Both the position numbers and the translations under genes were made by a program. The notes beneath the pieces were generated by a model, which was given only the letters and a program-made list of their open reading frames with translations, was not told the DNA's origin and ran no database searches. DNA of 64,000 bases from Nitrososphaera sp. (GTDB taxonomy: Archaea; Thermoproteota; Nitrososphaeria; Nitrososphaerales; Nitrososphaeraceae), in the NCBI RefSeq assembly GCF_037447015.1, contig NZ_JBBIHK010000005.1, positions 15,437-79,436 of the forward strand, given 5' to 3'. Shown piece after piece: positions 7,464 through 15,447 of the stretch. Each line of letters begins with the position of its first letter. Position 1 is the stretch's first letter.

Positions 7464-9518
7464 TCAGCGGCCTGCAATGCGGGAGTGGTAGTACGCAGTC
7501 ACCACCGCAACACTGTGCCCACCTCCTGACTCTGTCTGCACGACCCTTGTCCTCTCTGTCGTCCCGTCCTCCCAGTGGTCAAATGCAAGCTCCTTGTAGT
7601 TGTGGACGGTGACTGTGTACTTGTTGGGCCCTGCTGGCTCGATTATCGCCCACATTGCAAGCTGCTGTTCCTTCGCGCTGCCACTGCTGGCACTACCACT
7701 ACCGCCACCGCCATCGTCGCCGGAAAGCAACACGGCCCGGACCTGAAGCGGCGGCTCGCCGGCGTATGCAAGCGGAGTGAACCCGCGCTTGGATGCCCCA
7801 GACACCTTGTAGTATGCGGTGATTTCAGATTCGGACGTGGCCGGTGAATTTGTAGCCGTGCTGCTGATTGTGCGCGTCCGGGCCTTGCTCCCGTCCTCCC
7901 AGTGGTCAAAGAGTATGTTACGATAGTCGTGCGCAGTCACAGAGTATGTTTGCGGCCCCCTACTGCCGCTGCCGCCGTTTCCTCCCGCCGCCCCTCCAAG
8001 GACAAAGGAGGCGGGCGTGAACTTGGACTGCGCCACTATTGCAGCTGATGCTCCTCCCCCTTCTCCTGACGGCCTGGACTTTACCGTGCTCCACATCCCT
8101 GCGATTGGGTTGCCTCCAAGGTCCACCGACTTGACTGTCAGCGTCAGCTGCGTGTCGTCGTCGTTGTTATTGTTGTTGTTATTGCCGGCCGCGCCTCCTA
8201 GCGCCCCATGCGCATCAAGGCGTGCAGATCCTGCGACAAGGCCGTCAAGCCCGCTCACCCTGTCGGCGCCCTCCAGTATCCGGCGCTTTACTTCAAGGTA
8301 GCCAAGGCTCGGGTCGTGAGACGCCACAAGGGCCGCCACGCCAGAGACATAGGGAGCGGCCATCGACGTGCCGCTGAGCTCTTCGTAGCCCTGCCTGCCA
8401 GATCGTGAATAGGTACTCAGGATGCCCACGCCAGGAGCCGCCATATCGACGCTCTTGGCGCCCCTGTTTGAAAACGACGCCAGCATGTCGTTGTTGTCGC
8501 TTGCAGCCACGGAGATGATGTTGTCAAGGTCATAGCCTGACGGGTAGTTTGGCACCCCGTCATTGTCCAGCCTCTCGTTGCCGGCAGAGGCGACTACCAG
8601 TATCCCTGCATCCCGGAGCGCCCTGAGGGCATCATATTCGGCCTGGCTGTAGTCCTTGCCGCCAAACGACATGTTCACCACGCGGATGTCGGCCCCCCTC
8701 TCCTTCAGCCGGACTATTCTGTCGACTGCGTCCACCACGTCGCTCGTGCTCCCGGCGCCGCTTGCGTCGAACACTTTGAAGGCGACAATCCGTGCGTCCC
8801 AGCACACGCCCGAGACCCCGACCCCGTTGTCGCCGGTAGCGCCCATTATGCCTGCAACGTGCGTTCCGTGGCCGTTGTCATCCATCGGGTCGTCGTCGCC
8901 GTTAACCAGGTCAAGCCCGCCCGCTGCATAGCTTCCTTTCAGGTCCTCGTGCATATAGTCCATCCCCGTGTCGACTGTTGCCACTATGACGCCGGAGCAG
9001 TCTTTGGCAATCTCCCAGGCTTCGGGCGCGTCGATGTCGTGGTTGCCTCCGCTGGCATCATCAAGCCCCCACTGTCTTGCAAAGTCAGGATCCCGGGGTA
9101 TGGCAGATATCTTGCGCACGGCAGGAGCCTCGGCATACTCGGCCAGGCCAGAGCTTTCATAGTGCTCGGCCGCCTCGCCTGCGGTGTAACCGTCAGGCAC
9201 CGCCACCACGTCTATCCCGAGTTCCGGAAAGGTGTCCACCACGGACGCGTTGATAGACCTGTGGACGGCCCTCTCGCTTGAAAGCCGCACGCCGTCTTTG
9301 AACTTGACCAGAAGCTCCTGCTCGTTGTTGCCGCCATCTCCGTCGTCATCATCATCGTTGCCGCTTGCTGCGCTTGCAGCAGGCAGGAAGGTGACGGCAG
9401 TGCTGCTGGCAAGCGCCGCCGCCAGGAGCAACGCCGCCAGGACAAGTGTACAAGAAATTTTTCGCTTTTTCTCGCAGCGGTTCTCGTTATTGTTGCTGTT
9501 GTCTTTTCTGTCGGACAA
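7464..9518 (-). CDS. secreted subtilisin-like serine protease (S8) with duplicated C-terminal domain
   Basis: Signal/anchor CTLVLAALLLAAALASS. Catalytic triad contexts are VATVDTGMD (Asp), HGTHVAGIMG (His) and SGTSMAAPYVSG (Ser). Two C-terminal repeats end in FDHWEDG. Confidence 0.9.
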   Translation of the reverse strand: MSDRKDNSNNNENRCEKKRKISCTLVLAALLLAAALASSTAVTFLPAASAASGNDDDDDGDGGNNEQELLVKFKDGVRLSSERAVHRSINASVVDTFPELGIDVVAVPDGYTAGEAAEHYESSGLAEYAEAPAVRKISAIPRDPDFARQWGLDDASGGNHDIDAPEAWEIAKDCSGVIVATVDTGMDYMHEDLKGSYAAGGLDLVNGDDDPMDDNGHGTHVAGIMGATGDNGVGVSGVCWDARIVAFKVFDASGAGSTSDVVDAVDRIVRLKERGADIRVVNMSFGGKDYSQAEYDALRALRDAGILVVASAGNERLDNDGVPNYPSGYDLDNIISVAASDNNDMLASFSNRGAKSVDMAAPGVGILSTYSRSGRQGYEELSGTSMAAPYVSGVAALVASHDPSLGYLEVKRRILEGADRVSGLDGLVAGSARLDAHGALGGAAGNNNNNNNDDDTQLTLTVKSVDLGGNPIAGMWSTVKSRPSGEGGGASAAIVAQSKFTPASFVLGGAAGGNGGSGSRGPQTYSVTAHDYRNILFDHWEDGSKARTRTISSTATNSPATSESEITAYYKVSGASKRGFTPLAYAGEPPLQVRAVLLSGDDGGGGSGSASSGSAKEQQLAMWAIIEPAGPNKYTVTVHNYKELAFDHWEDGTTERTRVVQTESGGGHSVAVVTAYYHSRIAGR

Positions 9519-9657
9519 AAAATATCGTCCTAGTGGGGCTATTCGCAGAATAAAGCGATATAGTCCACTTTGTTATCCCAGTACGGTATTTTTCTCTCAA
9601 CAGCGCTCTGCTTTGGCAAAAGCATGGCGCAGGACTGCCAAAGTTGGCAGCCAGCGC

Positions 9658-10158
9658 TCAGGCAGCAGCCGTATCTCCCCTTGCTGTACCGTGGCTGAGG
9701 CTCTTGCCAAAGAACGCCTTGACGTGCGGCCTGTACATGTAGTAGATGATGACACCGCTTATGATGATGCTGATTATCGCTGCCCAGTTCCCAGCCACGA
9801 GCGATATGGCGTTCATCACTATGCTTATCACTGCAAGTACTACGGTGGCGGTCCAGGCCCAGCCCCTGCCCTTGAGCAGGCCCCATGCGACTACGAATGA
9901 AAAGATGGCAAGCCCTATCATCACGGCTCCAACCACGATTGCACCCCCGCCAAGGAGCGAGGTCGAGATGTTTGACAGCTCTGGCGTCCCCGTCCCGGGC
10001 ACGCCGGTCTGCCCCAGCGTGCCGCCCATCATCGGGAGGACGGCGCCGGCAGTCAATGCGGATATACCGCCTACCAGCATTATTATCCCTCCTATTATGT
10101 TCAGGATGGCGATTATCGTGACGCCCGTAGGACGGCTCTGGGATGATTGCATGGGCAC
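9658..10158 (-). CDS. small polytopic membrane protein
   Basis: 166 aa with four hydrophobic helices (e.g. VTIIAILNIIGGIIMLVGGI). The other ORFs in this interval are antisense and low-complexity. Confidence 0.6.
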   Translation of the reverse strand: MPMQSSQSRPTGVTIIAILNIIGGIIMLVGGISALTAGAVLPMMGGTLGQTGVPGTGTPELSNISTSLLGGGAIVVGAVMIGLAIFSFVVAWGLLKGRGWAWTATVVLAVISIVMNAISLVAGNWAAIISIIISGVIIYYMYRPHVKAFFGKSLSHGTARGDTAAA

Positions 10159-10264
10159 GTTTTGTGCGCATTGTATTAATGGTTTGCAGACACAATGAGG
10201 GAATTTTCATGCAGAGAAATCAAATTCATTGGCTGCCTGGTTGGTTGTTGCCCCTGCATGCTTT

Positions 10265-10666
10265 TCAGGGCTCGATTATGCCTGTGCTCTCCAGCGGCTT
10301 GCGGCCCATGAACCCCTCGTCCCTGCCGTGCCAGAACTTGATCTCGTCCTCGCCTGCCTTCCAGCACAGCCAGACCTCCTCGTCAAACCTCTTTGAGGGA
10401 AAGTCAAGCAGCCCCTCGTCCACGCTCTTTATCATGACTCCCATCGCCTCAAGCGCCTCGATGGCCTTGTACAGGCCAGTCACGGCCGTGTTCAGCTCCT
10501 GCTTTTTCTTCATAAAGCGCTCAAAGTCGCCCCCCGACTCTACTATGGCCTGGAGCTCGCTCTGCAGCACCATCACCCGGTTTTTTTGCGCCACGATTGC
10601 GGCAAACATGCGCTTTACCTCCGGCAGCGCCTTGTTAGCAGTCTGGGGAGTATAGATGGTGAACAT
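10265..10666 (-). CDS. DUF2203-like protein
   Basis: 133 aa. N-terminal coiled segment plus LLDFPSKRFDEEVWLCWKAGEDEIKFWHG, a pattern I associate with the DUF2203 family (recollection only). Confidence 0.6.
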   Translation of the reverse strand: MFTIYTPQTANKALPEVKRMFAAIVAQKNRVMVLQSELQAIVESGGDFERFMKKKQELNTAVTGLYKAIEALEAMGVMIKSVDEGLLDFPSKRFDEEVWLCWKAGEDEIKFWHGRDEGFMGRKPLESTGIIEP

Positions 10667-10734
10667 AGCCTATCAGCATTCGAGGGGCACCAGCATTAAT
10701 TTATGCCTAGCGCAGTTGCCTGGCTAGTGGCAGA

Positions 10735-12018
10735 CTAGACCTCGTACGCCGCCTTGCCGCCGCTGCCACCGTCCCGCCCGTCGCCGCCCCCCTCTTCCAC
10801 TGCGACTGCCTGGCCGTCATGCGTCTTGGCCCGGACTACAAACGGCCTGGCCGTCACAGGCGCCATGAGTGTGGTGGCAAAGCCAATGGCGACTGCAATC
10901 GAGAACAGGGTAAGGTCGATTATCCCGGCGGCAAAGCCGATAGACGCGATGACCAGCTCCACCATGCCCCTGCCGTTCATCAGAAAGCCTATCGCAAGGC
11001 TGGTGTCGTTCTTGAACTTGACGATGCGGGCGCCCAGGTAGCCGCCGCCTATCTTTGTCGCTACGGCGACTGCCAGCAGCGCGGCAAAGAACGGGATAGA
11101 GCTTGCAATCGACTGCAGGTTTATCTCTATGCCGATGATGGCAAAGAACATGGGCGCAAAGAACCCAAACGTTATCGCAGATATTATGCCATAGACGCGG
11201 TCAAAGTTCTGCTTGCCAATTATCTCCTTGTAGATGACAAGTCCGGAGAAGAAGGTGCCTATGATGAAGTGGAGCCCTATCTCCTGCGCCACCAGCGATA
11301 TGGCGATGGTGATTATGAGCAGTATGCCAAACGCGGCCTCCTTGGTCTGCAGTTTTTTAAAGTATGGCTCGACGCGCGCAGGCAGCCAGTGGCTCGTCCC
11401 ACGCAGCAAAAAGTCAAAGAAGAATATGCCGGCCAGGAACGCGCCTATCTTGACTGCAGACCACGCCACGCCGCCAAAGTCGAGCTGGGCGCCAGCCTCG
11501 GCCTGGCCGACCTGCAGCACTATAGAGAGCACGACGAGCGAGATGATGTCGTTTATCACAGCCGACGTGATGACGGTGTTGCCAAGCTTGCTCCGCAGTA
11601 TCCCAAACTGCATGAGCACTATGGCGCTTACCGGGACTGCGGTTATCGAGAGCAAAAGGCCCATGAACAGCGATTGCTCTAGCGCAAGGCCAAACAAATG
11701 AGACACGGCAGTCCCGGCCGCAAAGGGCACTACAAACGCAATCAGCGATATCACCATTGCGTACCGGCCGGCCTTTCGTATCTCCCGGGGGTCCATCTCC
11801 AGGCCGGCAAGCAGCATCAGGAAAAAGACCGCAAGGTCGGACAGCACGCCAAGATCCGAATTAAAGTGGATGATGCCGAAAAGCGAGGGGCCGAGGATCA
11901 CGCCTGCCAGGATCTCGCCCACGAGCGGCGGCTGCTTTATCCGCTGGAAGAGCTCGCCCAGCACCCGCGCCGCTACGAGGATGATGATGACGCTTACAAA
12001 AAGTTCCTCGGCGGCCAT
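10735..12018 (-). CDS. cation:proton antiporter (CPA2, Kef/NapA-like)
   Basis: 427 aa with about 12 TM helices. The N-terminus ILVAARVLGELFQRIKQPPLVGEILAGVILGPS is typical of Na+/H+ exchanger family proteins. Confidence 0.9.
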   Translation of the reverse strand: MAAEELFVSVIIILVAARVLGELFQRIKQPPLVGEILAGVILGPSLFGIIHFNSDLGVLSDLAVFFLMLLAGLEMDPREIRKAGRYAMVISLIAFVVPFAAGTAVSHLFGLALEQSLFMGLLLSITAVPVSAIVLMQFGILRSKLGNTVITSAVINDIISLVVLSIVLQVGQAEAGAQLDFGGVAWSAVKIGAFLAGIFFFDFLLRGTSHWLPARVEPYFKKLQTKEAAFGILLIITIAISLVAQEIGLHFIIGTFFSGLVIYKEIIGKQNFDRVYGIISAITFGFFAPMFFAIIGIEINLQSIASSIPFFAALLAVAVATKIGGGYLGARIVKFKNDTSLAIGFLMNGRGMVELVIASIGFAAGIIDLTLFSIAVAIGFATTLMAPVTARPFVVRAKTHDGQAVAVEEGGGDGRDGGSGGKAAYEV

Positions 12019-12141
12019 GGCTCCGGTGAGCAGAGCCGCAAGATAACCCTTGTGTGCTTTTACACCATGTGTGCACGGGCAGGGGCCGCAGGAAAAAAAT
12101 AGTTACATAACTTTTTTAAATTTTTGGCGTCCACAGTTGAC

Positions 12142-13350
12142 GTGAAGCTGGATTTTCCCAGGTATACCGAGAGGCTGGGCGCGGCTAGCATCCACGCCGT
12201 GCAGCGCATATACGAGCTGGACTCGGGCAAGTCCAAGGGTTTCCTCTCGTCGCACCAGACCATCAAGAAATTCGACTATGACGAGATATCCAACATCCTG
12301 CACGAGATGGCCATAGTGGTGCCTGTCAAGGAGGAAAAGCTAAAGCTCTTGGAGGGAGTACTCTCGGGCATCCCAAACGAATGCCTCGTGATAATAGTGT
12401 CAAACAGCCCCCGGGGCCCCGTAGACCGCTTTGCGATGGAGGCAGAGACGGTCCGCCAGCTTGACAGGTTCATGGACAAGCGAATCGCCATCATACACCA
12501 GCGCGACCCTGCCCTTGGCGAGCTGTTCAAAAAGATAGGATACACCTCCATTCTTGATTCGTCAGGCAGCGTGAGGAACGGCAAGGCGGAAGGGATGGTG
12601 ATAGGCCTGCTTCTTGCCAAGATGTACGACAAGGACTATGTCGGGTTCATAGACAGCGACAACTATGTGCCCGGCGCCGTTAACGAATACGTCAAGATAT
12701 TTGCTGCAGGGTTTGGCATGGCATCCACGCCATACACAAACGTCCGCGTCTCGTGGGTCTTCAAGCCCAAGGTGCGCAACAACTCGCTCCAGTTCTCAAA
12801 GTGGGGCAGGGTGTCAGAGATAACGAACAGGAACCTCAACGCCCTGCTTGCAGGCATCACAGGCTTTGAGACGGAGGTTATCAAGACGGGCAACTCGGGC
12901 GAGCACGCCCTCTCCATGCCCCTTGCAGAGTGCCTGCACTTTTCAAGCGGGTACTCGGTCGAGCCGTACGAGATAGTGGACATTTTCGAAAAGTTCGGAG
13001 GCCTCATCCCGACCAACTTTACGCGGATGGGCGAAAAGGGCGTCGAGATATTCCAGATAGAGACCCGCAACCCCCACTTTCACGAGGACAAGGGCAAGTC
13101 GCACCTCAACCACATGCTTGAGGCGTCGCTTGGCATCATAGCTGCAAGCAAGATCTGCCCCGACGACCTTCGCGAGTCGATACAGGCCCAGATGGCGCAG
13201 ATATCCGACTCGGCAGGCAGCGGCAAGAACACGGACTGGCGCAAACGCTACCCCCTCATAGAGCCGGTATGCTCGGTGCCCATGGCCGAGTTTGCCAAGG
13301 GCGTGAGGGAAAAGGCAGAGACGTTCTTCCGCCACGGCGGCCTAAAGTAG
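12142..13350 (+). CDS. mpgS: mannosyl-3-phosphoglycerate synthase (GT55)
   Basis: KLDFPRYTERLGAASIHAVQRIYELD ... MAIVVPVKEEKLKLLEGVLSGIPNECLVIIVSNS matches the MPGS N-terminus and catalytic region as I remember them from Pyrococcus. GTG at 12142 lies about 26 nt after the TTTTTTAAATTTTT box, whereas the track TTG at 12124 lies inside that box. Confidence 0.85.
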   Translation: MKLDFPRYTERLGAASIHAVQRIYELDSGKSKGFLSSHQTIKKFDYDEISNILHEMAIVVPVKEEKLKLLEGVLSGIPNECLVIIVSNSPRGPVDRFAMEAETVRQLDRFMDKRIAIIHQRDPALGELFKKIGYTSILDSSGSVRNGKAEGMVIGLLLAKMYDKDYVGFIDSDNYVPGAVNEYVKIFAAGFGMASTPYTNVRVSWVFKPKVRNNSLQFSKWGRVSEITNRNLNALLAGITGFETEVIKTGNSGEHALSMPLAECLHFSSGYSVEPYEIVDIFEKFGGLIPTNFTRMGEKGVEIFQIETRNPHFHEDKGKSHLNHMLEASLGIIAASKICPDDLRESIQAQMAQISDSAGSGKNTDWRKRYPLIEPVCSVPMAEFAKGVREKAETFFRHGGLK

Positions 13351-13385
13351 GGCGGCGGCCCCTTCTCCCGGCCCGTCCACCCACC

Positions 13386-13427
13386 TACTCCCCCTCCCTC
13401 CCCCCACCGTGCTCCAGCCTTTAAAAG
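13386..13427 (+). repeat. C-rich intergenic module, copy B (contains the promoter TATA of the next gene)
   Basis: TACTCCCCCTCCCTCCCCCCACCGTGCTCCAGCCTTTAAAAG has the same blocks as 6281-6321. Its TTTAAAAG box is centred about 26 nt upstream of the GTG at 13450. Confidence 0.7.
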
Positions 13428-13449
13428 AACTATTTGCAGCATAGCTTGT

Positions 13450-13671
13450 GTGTCTGAAACTAGGCTTGAAGAAGAAAGCGCGGCATTGGAGGCCGGGGCA
13501 GTAGAAGAAGAAATAGAGGGACAAGAGGAGCAGCAGCGACAGGTCGAAATCCTTGAACATGAGATCGAGTGCCCAAGGTGCAGGGACTCGATGACGCTGT
13601 GCTCCGACTTTGACAGCCTGTATTACTTTTGCAAAGAGTGCGACTTTTGTCTCTACACCATAAAGAAATAG
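13450..13671 (+). CDS. small zinc-ribbon protein with acidic N-terminus
   Basis: 73 aa with CPRC ... CKEC spaced for a 4-Cys zinc ribbon. Leaderless geometry relative to the TATA box at 13419-13426. Confidence 0.6.
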   Translation: MSETRLEEESAALEAGAVEEEIEGQEEQQRQVEILEHEIECPRCRDSMTLCSDFDSLYYFCKECDFCLYTIKK

Positions 13672-13756
13672 CAGTAGCAGGCAGAGAGCAGTCACGGCAG
13701 CCGGCAGACGGCAGACACAACAACAATATTTAGGCCCGGCCGCCCAGAAAAGGCGC

Positions 13757-13924
13757 ATGAAAGTCTGGGTCGTCTTCAAGACCACGCCTTACGGCAACGC
13801 GACGGACATTTTCGGCGTCTTTGATTCGCAGGACGGTGCAGAAAAGGCCAGAAAACAGGTCAGTGACAGGGGCCACTGGGGCGGCCGCATCATAGAGCGC
13901 GAGCTCAACCAGCTAAGCCTTTGA
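13757..13924 (+). CDS. 55-aa hypothetical protein (below the ORF-track size cutoff)
   Basis: MKVWVVFKTTPYGNATDIFGVFDSQDGAEKARKQVSDRGHWGGRIIERELNQLSL. The ATG lies about 26 nt downstream of AATATTTA (13725-13732). Confidence 0.45.
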   Translation: MKVWVVFKTTPYGNATDIFGVFDSQDGAEKARKQVSDRGHWGGRIIERELNQLSL

Positions 13925-14043
13925 CAAGAAAAGTCCGTTAATTTTCTGGCGGCTGCATAGCAGAAACATTTTGTGATTCAGCATGTTTTTCAATACAGCA
14001 AGCAATATAGAGAAATATCAGCAGACCTCGAATCAAAAGTTGC

Positions 14044-15447
14044 TTGATAAGAAACCGCGCCGAGCTGGAGGAGTTCCACGGCAGAGAGGCAGGAATCGTC
14101 CTTGGCGCGCTTGACGCCGCGATAAAGAGCGTCGAGCCGGGCAGGCTTGTCAGGCGCGCCATGAAATTCGACGGCACCAATGGCCACCTTGTCGTACGAG
14201 ACATCGCAGGCGACAGCGTCCGCAGGTTCGAGGGATTCAAGGACGTATACATTGTAGGGGCAGGCAAGGCTACTGCGGCCATGGCCGACGCGGCGTGCTC
14301 CATCCTGAAAGGCAGGGTGGCAGGAGGCGCGATAAACGTGCCCCGCGACGGCGCAGGCGACAGGATAAACGACAGGCGCATACAGGTGACCCACGCGTCG
14401 CACCCCATCCCGGACAGGAGCGGACTGAAAGGGGCGAAAAGGATTGTCGACGTTGTCAGAAGTGCAGGCGACGACGACCTTGTGCTCGTGCTGATTTCCG
14501 GCGGAGGCTCGGCGCTGATGCCGCTCCCTGCAAAGGGCCTGACCATAGCAGACAAGCAAGAGATGACGTCTCGCCTGCTTGCTTCCGGCGTGTCGATCCA
14601 GGAGGTGAACGTCGTTCGCAAGCACCTTTCGGCTGTCAAGGGCGGCAGGCTGGTGCAGGGCGCAAGGTGCACGATAGTCTCGCTTGTCCTGTCCGACGTG
14701 ATAGGCGACGACCTTGGCTCGATAGCCTCGGGCCCGACGTCGCCTGACCCGTCAACGTTTGCAGACGCCGCCAGGATAATCAAAAAATACAGGATAGCAG
14801 GGCCGGCGGCTGCCATCCGGCACCTGTCAAAAGGCGCCGGCGGGCTGATAGAGGAGACGCCCAAGCCCGGCGACCCGGCATTCGGCAGGGTGCACAATTT
14901 CATAATAGGCAACAACGAGCTGGCATGCAGGGCCGCTGTCGCGTATCTGAAGCGCAGGGGCGTCAACGCCAGGTACCTCGGCTCGGATTTTGCGGGCGAC
15001 GCCGCCAGGTTTGGAAGGCAGATGGCAGGCATTGCCTGCCCGGCGGTGGCAGGAGGCGAGACCACGGTGCGCCTTGGCCGCCAGAAAAAGCGCGGAAAAG
15101 GCGGCCGCAACCAGGAGGCGGCCCTTGCCTTTGCACTTGCAGGCAGAAGAAAGAAAGGCAGTGAGGCGATAGCAGGCTTTATCGGGACCGACGGCATCGA
15201 CGGCAACTCGGACGCGGCAGGCGCCATAATATCGAAGAGGTCGATGCTGCTATCAGAAAAGATAGACGCCAAGAAGTTCCTAGCAGAACACGACAGCTAC
15301 CACGCGCTAAAAAAGATAAAGTCGCTGATATTCACCGGCAGGACTGGCACCAACGTGAACGACGTTGCAGCGGTGGTATTACTGCGACGTGCTGACACCG
15401 CCACTACTACTACTACTGCTGCCGCCGGCGACCATGACATCGCCTGA
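14044..15447 (+). CDS. glycerate kinase / hydroxypyruvate reductase family (DUF4147 + MOFRL)
   Basis: 467 aa. VYIVGAGKATAAMA, LISGGGSALM, RKHLSAVKGGRL, GGETTV and GTDGIDG are hallmarks of the MOFRL-type glycerate 2-kinase family. Confidence 0.85.
   Translation: MIRNRAELEEFHGREAGIVLGALDAAIKSVEPGRLVRRAMKFDGTNGHLVVRDIAGDSVRRFEGFKDVYIVGAGKATAAMADAACSILKGRVAGGAINVPRDGAGDRINDRRIQVTHASHPIPDRSGLKGAKRIVDVVRSAGDDDLVLVLISGGGSALMPLPAKGLTIADKQEMTSRLLASGVSIQEVNVVRKHLSAVKGGRLVQGARCTIVSLVLSDVIGDDLGSIASGPTSPDPSTFADAARIIKKYRIAGPAAAIRHLSKGAGGLIEETPKPGDPAFGRVHNFIIGNNELACRAAVAYLKRRGVNARYLGSDFAGDAARFGRQMAGIACPAVAGGETTVRLGRQKKRGKGGRNQEAALAFALAGRRKKGSEAIAGFIGTDGIDGNSDAAGAIISKRSMLLSEKIDAKKFLAEHDSYHALKKIKSLIFTGRTGTNVNDVAAVVLLRRADTATTTTTAAAGDHDIA

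Noticed and set aside
10819-11682. Long plus-strand ORF inside the antiporter gene. Similar cases are 48915..49589 and 48275..48739 (in Cdc48 copy 2), 50623..51399 (in the geranylgeranyl reductase gene), and 53084..53905 and 53581..54597 (in the beta-propeller gene).
   Set aside because: These are opposite-strand or off-frame ORFs within genes that have strong motif support, and their composition is Arg/Pro/Gly-rich.
13938-15272. 444-aa minus-strand ORF
   Set aside because: It is antisense to the glycerate kinase gene, whose motifs are unambiguous. Its product is Ala/Ser/Pro/Arg-rich low complexity, as is typical of the opposite strand of GC-rich genes.
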